64,000 nucleotides of DNA, taken from NCBI GenBank assembly GCA_965240325.2, contig OZ251222.1:2046001-2110000 (forward strand), in the 5' to 3' direction. This DNA comes from Rebecca billardiae RCC1528 (lineage: Eukaryota; Protista; Haptophyta). Under the pieces are notes generated by a model. It searched no databases, was not told the origin of the DNA, and worked only from the letters and a program-made list of their open reading frames with translations. Position numbers and translations under genes: made by a program. This document shows positions 30,718 to 41,808 of this stretch, piece after piece; positions within the stretch are counted from its first letter, which is position 1, and every line of letters begins with the position of its first letter.

Positions 30718-33477
30718 TCAGTCCTCCACCATGTCGTCGGCGCCGCTGTCGCCCTCCTCCACGTCGGCGGCCGCGTCTTCGAAGTGCGCGTCTGCGCCCT
30801 CCTCCTCCTCCTCCTCCTCCTCCTCCTCGTCCTCCTCCAGGTCGAGCACGACGACGCGCTTGCCACCCGAGACGCACGCGAGGCCGCGCGGGCCGCTCAC
30901 CGCGAGCCGGGCCGCGTGCACGTGCGCGAGCTGCCGCTCGCGCGGCGGCTGCGCGGCGGCGCGCACGTCCGGAGCGAGCGCGCGCGCGCGCGCCGTCGCG
31001 GGCTCGCTGCTCGAGGGGTCAAGCGCGGGCGCGCGCTCGAGCTGCTCGTGCGCGTACGGCACGACGCGCAGGCACGAGCCGTCCGCCGTGTGCTGCACGG
31101 CGGCGAGCCGGCCTGTGCGGTACAGCGCGCACTGCGCGTGCGCCGCGCCGAGCGGCACGCGCGCGAAGCGCGTCGTCGGCGGAGCGGGCAGCGGCGGCGG
31201 CGGCAGCGCGCCCAGCCCGGCCTCCTCCGCGCGCTCCTCAACCTCGAGCTCGTCGTCGTCCGAGCCGCCCGGCTGCTCGCCATCGTCCTCGACCAGCGCA
31301 AGGCCGAGCTCAGTGACCGCGCCCGGCGCGCCGTCGGCGGGGAAGAGCAGGAGCACACCGGGAGACGCGCTCGTGTCGGCGGCGGCCATGGCTGTCGCCG
31401 CGGCCGCTGGCGCGGCGCTGCCGGCGCACGCGCAGTCAACGTGCGCGCTCAACGTCCGCGCAAGGGCGTCAAGGTCCGCGCCGGAGCCCGCCGCGCCCGA
31501 GGCGGGCAACGAGCACAGCGGCTGGAGCGCGCGCAGCCGCACCGACGCCGAGATGGCCGCGTGGCACGGGCCGAAGAGCAGCCCGCTCGGCTGCACGCAC
31601 TGCTCGAGTGCGAGGCACGCGGCATGCAGTGGCGGCGCGCCGGCGCCCGCCGCCGCGTCCACGCCGCCGGTAGCGGCGGCGGCGGCGGCGCTGGCGCTGG
31701 CGGCGGCGGCGGCGCGAGCGCCGCCGGCGCCGCCCGCCCCAAAGTGCGCCGTGACTGCGTCGAAGGTGAGCCGGCTGCGCAGGCAGCCGAGCACCTCGCG
31801 CGGGTCAACCGGGCCGACGCCGCCCGCGGCCGCGCCCTGCGGCGCCTCGGAGCGCACGCGCGCCGCCGCGCGCGACAGCCACGCGCACAGCGCAAGCAAC
31901 TGCGCGCACGCGCCGTGAGCGGCCGCCCCGAACGTGTCCGAAGCGTTGCGCACCGCGGCGGCCGCGGCGAGCGCGTGCAGCACCGCCGGCTCCGACAGGC
32001 CCAGGGCGCCGAAGCGCTCGTCCCAGCGCGCAAGCCCGAGCAGCGAGCTCAGCCTGTGGTGCACCATCTCGGCGGCAGGCGCGAGGTGCGCAGCGCACAG
32101 CTCGCGCAGCTGGTCGCGCGCGCCGCCGATGGCCTTGGCGATGCGAGCGAGGGACACGTCGGTGAGCTCGAGGGTGAGGAAGACGCTGAGGGCGTCGCTC
32201 GCCTTGCCGGACAGCAGGAGCTCGAGCAGCGCGCCCTCGACGTTCGCCAGCGCGCTCGGCGTGCCCGCGCCCGCCGCCGGCGGCGGCGCGGCGCCGCCAG
32301 CCGGCACGGCCTCCGCTGCCTCCGCGGCCAGCCGCTTGCTCAGCGCGACGAGCTTGCCCTCGAGCGGCGAGAGTGCCTCGTCCCAGCAGCGCGCCGCCAG
32401 CCGCGTCGCGGCGTGCAGGCGCTCGACGAGCGCGCCCAGCTGCGTCGCGTGCAGCGCGAGCTGCTGCACCTCGCGTGCGCGCGCGCCGAGCAGCCACGTG
32501 CGCAGCACCAACGCATGCAGGCCTGCGCGCACCACGCGCGCGCCGCCGCCGCCGCCGTCGCGCGCCGCGGGCGCGACGGCGGCGGTGAGGGCGTCCTCGG
32601 CGCACACGACGAGGACGAGCTGGGTGAGCGACGGCGAGAAGCACGCGCGCAGCACGCGCAGCGCGCCCGCGCCGCGCGCGCCGAGCACCAGGCCGGCGCA
32701 CTCGGCGAGGTCGACCGCAGCCACTTCAAACTCTGAGCCCGCCCAAACCGCCACGCGCGCGCCGCTGTCGGCGGCGGCCATGAGGCTGAGCGGCTCGGCG
32801 GGCTCGACGCCGTGCAGCAGCGCGCGGTCCGCCGCCGAGGCGAGCGCCGCCGGCTGCGGCTCCTCCAGCAGCCGCCCCGGCTGGCGCGGCAGCGGCGGCA
32901 GCGGCGCGAACAGAAGCCGAAGTTCATTCAGGTACGCAGTGGCCGCGCCCGCGTCGCGGCGCGCGCACGCGGAGCTGGCCTGCTGCCAGCTCATCGAGAG
33001 GACGGCGCGCGAGCCCATCTGCACGGTAGCAAGCAGCTCGCCGTCCTCCACGGTGTGCAGCGCGATCGTGCCGTCGGTGAGCCCCACGGCGAGGGTCTTG
33101 CCTGAGGCAAGCAAACCGGCGTAGTCGTATTCGCGCGCGCGCGCGTGGGCGCGGTCAGACGAGAGCTCGCCTCCGCGCGCGCGCGGCGCGAGCACGCGTG
33201 CAAGCGATCGTGTCGAGCGAGGTCTGGCGTCGAGGCGCACGGCGGGGATGGCGCGTCGCGCGAGCGCACCGTCGGGACTCCACGCGATGGTCGCGGCCTC
33301 ATGCTCAAGCCGGCCGAGTGTGAAGAGCCGCTGCCACGACAGGCGGTGCACGGGCACGTGGCGCCCGTCGACGACAATCGCGAGCAGATCCATCGTCGGG
33401 CACCATGCGAGCACGCCGGGATCAGAGGCGAGCGAGCGCTCCTGGCTCACGGTGAACGCGCGCCGCGCCGACGCCAT
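30718..33477 (-). CDS. APC4: Anaphase-promoting complex subunit 4 (intron 33269-33102)
   Basis: LAWCPTMDLLA, VHRLSWQRLF and spliced IAWSPDG|KTLAVG match the APC4 WD40 N-terminus; helical domain with LLLSG..S and LARW..RF..LGL. Confidence 0.88.
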   Translation of the reverse strand: MASARRAFTVSQERSLASDPGVLAWCPTMDLLAIVVDGRHVPVHRLSWQRLFTLGRLEHEAATIAWSPDGALARRAIPAVRLDARPRSTRSLARVLAPRARGGELSSDRAHARAREYDYAGLLASGKTLAVGLTDGTIALHTVEDGELLATVQMGSRAVLSMSWQQASSACARRDAGAATAYLNELRLLFAPLPPLPRQPGRLLEEPQPAALASAADRALLHGVEPAEPLSLMAAADSGARVAVWAGSEFEVAAVDLAECAGLVLGARGAGALRVLRACFSPSLTQLVLVVCAEDALTAAVAPAARDGGGGGARVVRAGLHALVLRTWLLGARAREVQQLALHATQLGALVERLHAATRLAARCWDEALSPLEGKLVALSKRLAAEAAEAVPAGGAAPPPAAGAGTPSALANVEGALLELLLSGKASDALSVFLTLELTDVSLARIAKAIGGARDQLRELCAAHLAPAAEMVHHRLSSLLGLARWDERFGALGLSEPAVLHALAAAAAVRNASDTFGAAAHGACAQLLALCAWLSRAAARVRSEAPQGAAAGGVGPVDPREVLGCLRSRLTFDAVTAHFGAGGAGGARAAAAASASAAAAAATGGVDAAAGAGAPPLHAACLALEQCVQPSGLLFGPCHAAISASVRLRALQPLCSLPASGAAGSGADLDALARTLSAHVDCACAGSAAPAAAATAMAAADTSASPGVLLLFPADGAPGAVTELGLALVEDDGEQPGGSDDDELEVEERAEEAGLGALPPPPLPAPPTTRFARVPLGAAHAQCALYRTGRLAAVQHTADGSCLRVVPYAHEQLERAPALDPSSSEPATARARALAPDVRAAAQPPRERQLAHVHAARLAVSGPRGLACVSGGKRVVVLDLEEDEEEEEEEEEEGADAHFEDAAADVEEGDSGADDMVED

Positions 33478-34118
33478 CGTCGTATCGAGTCGCGAGCGCA
33501 ATCCGCGCTCGCAAGGCGCCTGGCGCCAGCGACTTTCAAGCGGTGGCCACTGGCCAGTCAAAAACAGTCCGGCTCGATCACGAACGCCGGCGACGGCTGG
33601 ACGCGCCGAGGCGCGGTTGCTCAGGACTCACCGACTCAGGACTCGGGCCGCCGGCACGGCGCACATTCTGATTCTGAACATGAACGCAGTCGACGGCAGT
33701 CGTGCCAGTCTGCCAGCCACTGGCAGCTAGTCATTGGGCCATCAGTGCCAATCCGAATAATGATATCGCCAATGGTGACTACTGCTGTGAACCGAGCTCT
33801 GAGTCCGCTGCCGCATCGGCTCGCGCAGCGGCGCAGCGCGGGCTGAGGCCGCGGCCGGCGGCGCCGCAGCGCGGCCGCAGACGTTCGTCCGGCAGCGTGC
33901 TCGGTCCAGGGATGGGGTCTGCCCGAGCACGCCTGCGCGAGGTCGACACGTGTGCGTGTCCATTCCAGCCGTCGCGCCTGCCCCCCCCCCCCCCGGGCTG
34001 TCCCATTATCCAGACGGAGCATCGCCCCCCAGAAGATCTCGGGGCAAACTGCATCCACAGATGCATTCGTCCGAGGATATCCCTCCTTCGCGGAGAATGC
34101 GATGCTTGTCGCAGGCGG

Positions 34119-34391
34119 TCAGAACTTGAGGCTGTTGTACGCGTTCTGTGCGCGCTGTATGAGGTCCGAGATGAGGTCAAGCTCGTCATCAGCTTTGTGC
34201 TGGCTGTAGTCCATGGCATGCACGCTGCGGAGTGCAAGGCGGTAGAGCAGCATCTGCGAGATCAAGAAGACAACCAATAGTCCGACGATCACACGCACCA
34301 TGGTCGACTGCCACATCCCGCGAGGCTGATGACGCCGGTCATACGCGGTGAACTCACGCCTGGGAGGCGTGGTGGCATCGCTTGTCGCCAT
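34119..34391 (-). CDS. Small single-pass membrane protein, hypothetical
   Basis: 90 aa with TM VRVIVGLLVVFLISQMLLY; GGAAATC motifs upstream of the ATG. Confidence 0.55.
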   Translation of the reverse strand: MATSDATTPPRREFTAYDRRHQPRGMWQSTMVRVIVGLLVVFLISQMLLYRLALRSVHAMDYSQHKADDELDLISDLIQRAQNAYNSLKF

Positions 34392-34545
34392 CGTCTTCAA
34401 ATAACAGCGGAGATCCGCCGTCCGCGTGGCTGTCCGGGCGGAAAACAAAAACCGGAAATCCGGAAATTCCGCCTACTGTGTCTGTTTGGACTGTTGCCTG
34501 AGCTGTGTGCGTCTCTTATTCTTAGTAAACTGTGGATTGGACTTC

Positions 34546-35454
34546 GGGTAGATCGACCAAACCGAGCTCAGAACCGGAGTGTACCGAGCTAAGCGGATGT
34601 ACCATGGTACACTTTGGTACATAATTGGTACACTATTGGTACACTATTGGTACATGTAAAGATGTACCAAGTGTACCAATAGTGTACCAATAGTGTACCA
34701 ATAGTGTACCAATGGTGTACCAAAGTGTACCAACGCATCCTGACAATGTACCAAATGTCATTGGGTGTACCATGTACACTTTGGTACATAAATGGTACAC
34801 TTTGGTACATTTCATGAGTGTACCAACGTGTACCAACCATGTCGTACCAGTTTGCACACAAAAGTGTACCAAGTGTACCAACTCCTCCCTGAATGTACCA
34901 ACTGCTCCCCAAAGTGTACCAACTTGTCCCAGGGGCAGGGTGTACCAAAAAATGTACCAACTCGTCCGCGCCTGAAAATGTACCAAGTGTACCAAATAAT
35001 TTCCGCGGAATGTACCAACTTGGTGGGATTCTGGGTGTACCAGGTACACCCAGGAAAGTGTACCACTGCTCTGAATCGCCGACGATGGTGTCACACTATT
35101 GGTACATTCATGAAAAGTTGGTACATTGTAATGGTACATTGGGGGACGGTTGGTACACATGGTATGGTACATTTGGTACATCGTTGGGACACATTGGTAC
35201 ATTCTTCGCGGACGAGTTGGTACATTTGGGAGGAGTTGGTACATCAGGTAATGTACCAACATGTGCTATGTGGATGTACCAAAATGTACCATGGTACACC
35301 CAATGGCATTTGGTACATTGTCAGGATGCGTTGGTACACTTTGGTACATAATTAATTGGTACACTATTGGTACACTTGGTACATCTTTTGTACCATGGTA
35401 CATCCGCTTAGCTCGGTACACTCCTCATTTGAGCTCGGTTTGGTGACACCTCCC
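34546..35454. mobile_element. 909-bp non-autonomous Mutator/foldback-type element saturated with TGTACCA/TGGTACA repeats
   Basis: Perfect 10-bp TSD ATTGGACTTC (34536-34545, 35455-35464); GGG...CCC ends; inverted blocks accaaaccgagctca and ggagtgtaccgagctaagcggatgtaccatggtaca at both ends. Confidence 0.9.
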
Positions 35455-35470
35455 ATTGGACTTCCCCAAC

Positions 35471-36193
35471 ATGATGCGCTTACCTCGCACGCTGTCGGTC
35501 CTCTCTCGCGCGACGGCCACGGCGCTCGTCGCGTCGGCGCCGGCGGCATGCTATGCCTCGACGATGGACAAGCGCGAGCTGGAGGAGAAGCTCTCGCGTA
35601 CCGCCATGCCTCACAAGGGGCGCACCCTGCTGAGCACTCCTTCCGCGTGGACAACAACCTCCCTCGTGCGTGTGCACGAGTCCTCGCGAGGTCGGCATCT
35701 CGCTGAGCTCGCCACGAAGCTGGTCGGGGAGCGGCTGGGCGCATTTTACCAATCACGCACCACCGCCGGCCTGCCGCCTCCGCCACCGATCATGGTGCGG
35801 CAGTCTGACGGAGCACAGCATTTCACAGCACGATTCTCCCTTCCGCCAGGTGAGCACCACGCGTTTCTGCTGCAGGAGGCGCTGGCACGGGTTGTGTTGC
35901 CCGACTCGGTGTCAGTTGAGGAGGGCAGGGTTTCGGATAAGCTGCGTTTTGCGCGTGACGACCTCCTCGTCGTGCTCACTCTCCCGCGTGATGGCGGCAC
36001 GGCAGCAGGTGCCCGCCGATGCTGTGTGCTCGAGGTGAGTGGGACAGCGGAGACAGCCGCTGAGGCAGCGGCACTCATCGCCGATGCGTACAGTATCGCG
36101 CACACGCTCGCTCTTCACGCCGACGGCTCGAGCGCGTACGTGCCACCAGCAGCCTTGCAACGCCAGGCAGACCGACGTACCTCGCGCGAGTAG
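35471..36193 (+). CDS. Hypothetical protein with organelle-targeting-like N-terminus
   Basis: 240-aa ORF starting MMRLPRTLSVLSRATATALVAS; globular-looking composition; no recognised motif. Confidence 0.6.
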   Translation: MMRLPRTLSVLSRATATALVASAPAACYASTMDKRELEEKLSRTAMPHKGRTLLSTPSAWTTTSLVRVHESSRGRHLAELATKLVGERLGAFYQSRTTAGLPPPPPIMVRQSDGAQHFTARFSLPPGEHHAFLLQEALARVVLPDSVSVEEGRVSDKLRFARDDLLVVLTLPRDGGTAAGARRCCVLEVSGTAETAAEAAALIADAYSIAHTLALHADGSSAYVPPAALQRQADRRTSRE

Positions 36194-36799
36194 AACTTTC
36201 AGGCGGCGGCAGCGTACTGCGTAGCCGCGCGCGTCGCCGCGGAAGATAATCATCTCATCATAATGATAATATCATTAAAATTATGATTGTATCGTCAAAA
36301 TAACGGAATGCGGACGTATATTGAGTACGGACATATATCTCAGTGAGTACTGTTAGTAGTCAGTACGCGTACGGCTGCTAGGCTCATCATGTCTTTTCAC
36401 TTTTGACGAGTCGTCAGACGTTTATGCATAATCAGATCAATAATAATAATAACTGCTATGACCGCGTTCCGCGGTCCTTCCGTAGAACCAACGTAGTTAG
36501 AGGCCCGCGGTGCACCCTCCGTTGCGCCTCGTGCCGGCAGAGCGAGAGCGCGCGCCACTGCTGCGGCCCCGCCCCCCGGGCCCGTGCGCTCACTCACGGC
36601 GCTGCGCAGCCGCGCACCGAGAGGCGAGACCGAGCGCGGAGCTCGGGGTGGAACGAGGCGAGCGGCGGGTCGCGCCTGCCGCCGCGCGTGCGCGCCTGCT
36701 CCACCGCGCCACCGTGCAGCGTGCTCGCCCGCCGCCTCCTCCGCCGCGTCGGCCTCGAAGCAGCGGCGGCCAGCCAGCCGACCGAGGCTGAGCCCGTGC

Positions 36800-37270
36800 G
36801 TGCTCACTCACCCGGCGCGGTGGCGCCCTCGAGTCGACGGCCGTCTACTCCACAGCTGGCTGCTCGAGCTGCTGCACGGGGCGTCGCGACGAGGGCGCCG
36901 CGCGCGCCCAGCCAGCGCGTCCGTCGCCGCGTCGCGCACGGCGCAGCGCGTCGAGCTCGGCGCCGCGCTTCCGGGCCAGCTCGGCGCCCAGCGCCTGCGC
37001 GCGCACGTGCTCCGATGCACGGCCCGAGTCAGCTGGGCGCCCGGCTGCGCGACCGAACGGGAACCGGCGCGCGTTCCACGACTGTCACTGCTCCTGCTCG
37101 TCCTCACGCTGCTGCACCTCCACGCCGCCGTCGACCGAGTTGCTAAGGAGGAGCTCGCGCTCGACGTCACGAGGAGCGAGCTCGCGTGCTCGAGCTCGCC
37201 CTTCAGCCGCGCTAGCTCCGGGCGCATCCGTTGCGTGCTCGCGGCGCGCTCCTCCTCTAGCAACGAACGA
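36800..37270 (-). pseudogene. Possible decayed coiled-coil coding fragment
   Basis: Coding-like stretches (LEEERAA..PELARLKGELEHA; DVERELLL..EVQQREDEQEQ) switch frames and hit stops. Confidence 0.3.
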
Positions 37271-37479
37271 GCTTACGCGTAGTGCTCCGGACTCGGCTCG
37301 CCCTTGCGCGCTCCTCCTCGAGCGACGAACGCGCCCGCGCGGGCAGAGCCCGCGCCCGGGTAAAAAACCTGCTGTGTTCGGCCTCGGCCCTCGGGCCGCC
37401 ATCCAATACCGGGTGCCGTTCGTCATAGTTCAGACTCGGCCAATCGGTAATCGGATGCGACGCATCATACTCGCCGGGA

Positions 37480-37720
37480 GCGCAAAGCTTCGTCGTCAGT
37501 AAAGTTGAGTACTTGACGGATTTTTGTTAGGACCTCCATGCATCACTGCGCTTGGGTCTCGTCCCATTTGGCAGCGCGCAAAGGTTCGTCGTTAGTAAAG
37601 TTGAGTAATTTGGCAGCGCGCAAAGGTTCGTCGTCAGTAAAGTTGAGTACTTGACGAGACTTTTTGCCAGGAGCCCAGGACCTCCATCGCACGCGCTTGG
37701 GTCCTCGTCCTATTTGGCAA
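37480..37720. repeat. Local tandem repeat (A-B-A-A-B, units about 40-45 bp)
   Basis: gcgcaaag(c/g)ttcgtcgt(c/t)agtaaagttgagta three times; aggacctccat...gcttgggtc..cgtcc.atttggca twice. Confidence 0.85.
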
Positions 37721-38987
37721 CATTATGGTCGTATGAAGATTTACAACAAATCGCAGATTCGTTCACCCAGATATACTGACAAATGCACGTCCACAGGCTC
37801 ACGTCCGTCCGTAGATACGGAATTGGAGCGGGCGCGGCTATTTCGTCAATCGAGTCTTGCTAATGCAAAGCAATGGGCCAATGTACCCCTCGAAAAAGCG
37901 AAAACTCACCCTCCAACAGCCCTCAAAATCGTCCCCCGTCCCCTTTTCTTTGATCAAAAGATCTTTTTGACAACGTAGTGAGGGCCCCCGGCGGGGCTCC
38001 ACGCTACGCGCTCCGCCCTGCACCGCGGGCCATGATACTACTACTTACTAGTAAAGCTACGACCAATCGTCTGTGCTGTCGACGACGACGCCGCGTGAGC
38101 CGTGCCCGTGACTGGCGTGACGCGGACCCGTCCGCTCCGCGCTCGCCGCTGGGGGCTAAGCTGATCAGTCACTCAGGCTATGGGGGTACTGCTCCCGCGT
38201 CAGCTCGGTCTTAACTACTATTATCCGGCGAATATACCGTGCCAGACCGTCCTATCAGGCATCAGCGCCTGTGTCTTAGTGTGTGCCCTGTGTCTGTGAG
38301 TGTGAGTCGTGTCTGCTGAGTGCTGTGACGACGGAGTACTCGGACGGCTGGCGCATCAGTTATGAGTTATTCAGTATCAGTCATAGTACGTTACCGAACG
38401 AATACCGGAGTTCGGACGATGCCCCTCGTGGCAGGAGTCGTGCGGCTCGTGCGCCGCCCGGCCTGCCGTCAGAAGTGTCGCTAATCACAGTTTATTTGTT
38501 TTAACGTGCGTAAGGCTCACGGTGGCAGGTTGCCGCGCCATCCTTCATCGCACGCTCTCCGAAGAGAGACCTGGAAACTGGTTTTGAACCCATGACCTCA
38601 GACGCAAGAGCACGCCGCCAGTACTCCCACTCGGCCACAGACCGGCGTCACAGTACAGTAACGTTCGCCAGCGGATCCGGTGAGTGTCCGGTCCGTGCCT
38701 CATCTCACCACCGTGCAGCTTTGGAAGTTACTCGATCCCGGAGGCACCGACGCACCGTCCTCCCAGCGACCGTCTCGGCCTTGATTCCCTGGAATCTAAT
38801 CACACTTGCTTCCTTGCTGTCCCGTCCAGCCTCATTGATCAGCGCTCGCGAAGCAGAATCAAGCCGACATCACGTGCTGCTGTTTTGTCCTCTCTGTCAC
38901 AGCGGCGCGTCGAGCCCCCTCGCGATCTCGGTCATCACCTCCCTCCCACGGCTACCAGCAGCGCCAAGCCGCGAGGTCTCCAGAGAA

Positions 38988-41261
38988 ATGAACGAGCACC
39001 TGCTCTTTCCAAACCCTGTGTCGCCGGCCACCCGAGACGAGATCATTGAGTGGCACCGCTGGCTCCACGGCGTTCACGACGGCGGCGGCCTCACCGCTTA
39101 CGAGATCATCAACCTGCGCAAAGACCATGCGACGGTGTTCCACGAGAACGTGGAGGAGTTTGTGCGGCAGCAAGTCCACAATCTGCGGCGTAGCTTTCAC
39201 CCCGACAGGCACGGCCAGGCTGGAGCCGATCTGCTCGAGATGTGCAACCAGATCACGAGCCTTGTCAACGAGGCGGCGCAAACTCTCGCCACGCCAGCGA
39301 GCCGGCAAACATACAACGTCGCGGTCGGATTGCAAACTTTCGATGGGAGGGACGCCACGATGGGCGCGCACGGCGGGATCAACCACGCGCTCCTGGAAGG
39401 CGCCTACGGCAGAGTGCGCCGGGCTCTGGACCGCGTGAGCGCCAACCTCGAGCTCGAGCTGCCCAAGATTGTCGTCGTCGGGCTGGAGTCGTCCGGCAAG
39501 AGCTCCACGCTCGAGCGATTGGCGATGCGGCAAGCCTTCCCGCGGGGCGAGCTGTTCACCACGCGCATGCCCATTTGCATGAAGCTGCGCCACCGCACGC
39601 ACGAGAACATTGTCATCCTCAGACACGTCCGGCTGGCCCAGCACGGCATGCCGCGCGAAACCTTGCAGGAGCTGCATGTCGAGCAGCCGTCCGCGTTTGA
39701 ATCCGCAGACCGTGCCGCACAGGCTGTGGTGCAGGATATCGTGCCTGTGGGCGTGATCGCCAGGGCGATTCAGGACTTCGTGCTCCACCAGCACCCCAAC
39801 GACACGGGGCGCAGCATCCTCACCGACGAGGTGATCGAGATCGAGATCCGCGCTCCGAATGTGCCCGAGCTGGAGCTGGTCGACTTGCCCGGCATCGTCG
39901 AGGTGCCGCAGGAGACGCGCCGCGCCTCGCTCGAGTGCACGCGCCGATATTTGCGCGACCCCAGCTGCCTCGTCCTGTGCGTGCTCTCGGCGGGGCCGGA
40001 CACGCTGCGCTCGAACGGCATGCTGCGCATCTTGGAGGAGGAGGCATCGCCGCAGAATCGCCTGTGGGAGCGCACGATTCTGGTGCTGACTAAGGTGGAC
40101 ATGCAGCACGGCGCCGGAGCCACCGCGCACTGGCGAGCCAGGCTCGGCGGTCGTCTGACCCCGGGTGCGGATGAGCTTGAGGACATCCCGGTGCGCCGGA
40201 TCGTGCCGTTGGTGAATCGCGACGCGGGCGCAGGCGCTGAGCTCGCTGATCTCCTGGCCGCGCTCAACGCCGAGAGAGCGTGGATGCAGCAGTGGTGCGC
40301 GGGGCATCCGCATCTCGGCTTCCGTGCGGATGACATGGGCATCAAAGGCCTTCTGCAGCACCTCTCTCACCTCGCGAACCTCCACATCCAGACGAGCTGG
40401 GTGCCTGCGAATCGGCAGCGCTTGCAAGGCATGCGCGAGAACGAGCTTCTCGAGAGGCGCAATCTTGGCGAAGCACCCGGTCGGCTGGAGCTGCTAGCTG
40501 TGCTGCGCGAGGCACAATCGGCGTCGGTGTCGCATCTCGTTATGGGTGACCGCCGGGACCGTCGGGACCGCGGCCACGAGGGCGTCTCGTACATCCGATG
40601 GGACGGCTGCTTTGAATGGTTGCCGAAGCAGCTGGACGCGTGCATGGACCTGGCGACACCGGCTGCGCAGCGAATGGACGAGCTGCTCGGGCAGTCCTCT
40701 CGCGATAACGACTGGGCATGTGTGCTGCTGCTGTCGCACGCGACCTCGAAGCTCCTGCAGGAGCATCTTCGCGCGGGTATCGTGGACACGCTCAAGCGAG
40801 TCGTCGACGAGGCGGCGGTGAACAGTCATGCGCTCCCCATCAAGCTCTCGCGATTTGCACGCCTTCGAGCGGCTTTGGTGCGGCGCGTGGAGACGAGTCA
40901 GGCTCTCGCCGATTCGATCATCCGACTGCGCTCCCTGATCGAGAACCACCCCATGGTGAGCGACTTGGCTGCAGCGAGCCTGGAGTCGGCGGGGGGCCGG
41001 ACGGAGCAGAGGATGAGCATCACGCAGGGCCAGATTCTGAGCCTCATCAGGCGCATGGCTATGCAGCACTGCCTGCTGCCAGTGCTCCAGGATGATCGTG
41101 GCGAGCTCTTCGAGACCGCCACGGTGACGGGAGACGGCGGCGATGTGGTCCTCGAGGAGGATGGAGAGCACGCGCGTCTCCGCGAGGCGCGCACAAACCA
41201 GATCGCGAGCCTCGACGACGCTCTTGCCGTCATCGAGGATCTGGCCGGCGGGCAAGCGTAG
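38988..41261 (+). CDS. J-domain-fused dynamin-family (Mx-like) GTPase
   Basis: RRSFHPDR...VNEAAQTLATPASRQTYN (J domain); LPKIVVVGLESSGKSS (G1), TRMP (G2), DLPG (G3), TKVD (G4); GED-like LEEDGEHARLRE...LDDALAVI; intronless; likely ATG at 38988. Confidence 0.88.
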   Translation: MNEHLLFPNPVSPATRDEIIEWHRWLHGVHDGGGLTAYEIINLRKDHATVFHENVEEFVRQQVHNLRRSFHPDRHGQAGADLLEMCNQITSLVNEAAQTLATPASRQTYNVAVGLQTFDGRDATMGAHGGINHALLEGAYGRVRRALDRVSANLELELPKIVVVGLESSGKSSTLERLAMRQAFPRGELFTTRMPICMKLRHRTHENIVILRHVRLAQHGMPRETLQELHVEQPSAFESADRAAQAVVQDIVPVGVIARAIQDFVLHQHPNDTGRSILTDEVIEIEIRAPNVPELELVDLPGIVEVPQETRRASLECTRRYLRDPSCLVLCVLSAGPDTLRSNGMLRILEEEASPQNRLWERTILVLTKVDMQHGAGATAHWRARLGGRLTPGADELEDIPVRRIVPLVNRDAGAGAELADLLAALNAERAWMQQWCAGHPHLGFRADDMGIKGLLQHLSHLANLHIQTSWVPANRQRLQGMRENELLERRNLGEAPGRLELLAVLREAQSASVSHLVMGDRRDRRDRGHEGVSYIRWDGCFEWLPKQLDACMDLATPAAQRMDELLGQSSRDNDWACVLLLSHATSKLLQEHLRAGIVDTLKRVVDEAAVNSHALPIKLSRFARLRAALVRRVETSQALADSIIRLRSLIENHPMVSDLAAASLESAGGRTEQRMSITQGQILSLIRRMAMQHCLLPVLQDDRGELFETATVTGDGGDVVLEEDGEHARLREARTNQIASLDDALAVIEDLAGGQA

Positions 41262-41524
41262 CCTGACAATATTGCCATTCGATATCAGTTACACGACCGC
41301 GTATGAGCTATTATATATATTTATATAATAATAACAATACTAATACTAATAGATTATGAGCGCTCTGAGACTGCTCTGCTGTTCACTTTCGGCAGCGACC
41401 GCAGCGAGGTCATGGGCTCATGGTCCATTGGTCATGCGCAGCTCATCGTCACTCAATTCGTCCCTCATCATTATTATTCGATCACTTTATTCATCAGCAT
41501 AGTAAAACTGTCGTAGCAGTCCGA

Positions 41525-41525
<1 letters not shown>

Positions 41526-41559
<34 letters not shown>

Positions 41560-41576
41560 GACTCTCTCTCTCTCTC
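41526..41576. repeat. (CT)n microsatellite
   Basis: Direct observation. Confidence 0.95.
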
Positions 41577-41614
41577 GAACTAGCTAGTAACTCAGTCACA
41601 CAGTTAGTGACTCA

Positions 41615-41808
41615 GACTAATTCTATGATTTAAAGACACAGGTACGAGGGCGCAGCTCTCCTGATTCGTCTGTCGAAGTACTGATGATTGGAGGCGGAGC
41701 AGGATGTCCGCGGAGCGCGTTGGCCGTGGGTGAGGGAGTCGTCGCCGATGCTGAATGCTGATCACACGGAGGTAGTGGGCGCCCAGGGATGCTCAGCCGT
41801 CGTCGGTG
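41615..41808 (+). repeat. Dispersed repeat family copy
   Basis: Aligns with 59359-59570 (gactaattctatgat...gttggccgtgggtgagggagtcgtcgccgatgctga...ggaggtagtgggcgcccagggatgc). Confidence 0.88.

Noticed and set aside
34589-35446. WYT/VPMY-rich ORFs
   Set aside because: Translations of the GTAC repeat element in several frames on both strands.
38592-38987. Upstream 132-aa extension of the dynamin ORF
   Set aside because: Lacks coding-like codon bias; ATG 38988 precedes the first domain. Cannot be fully excluded without transcripts.
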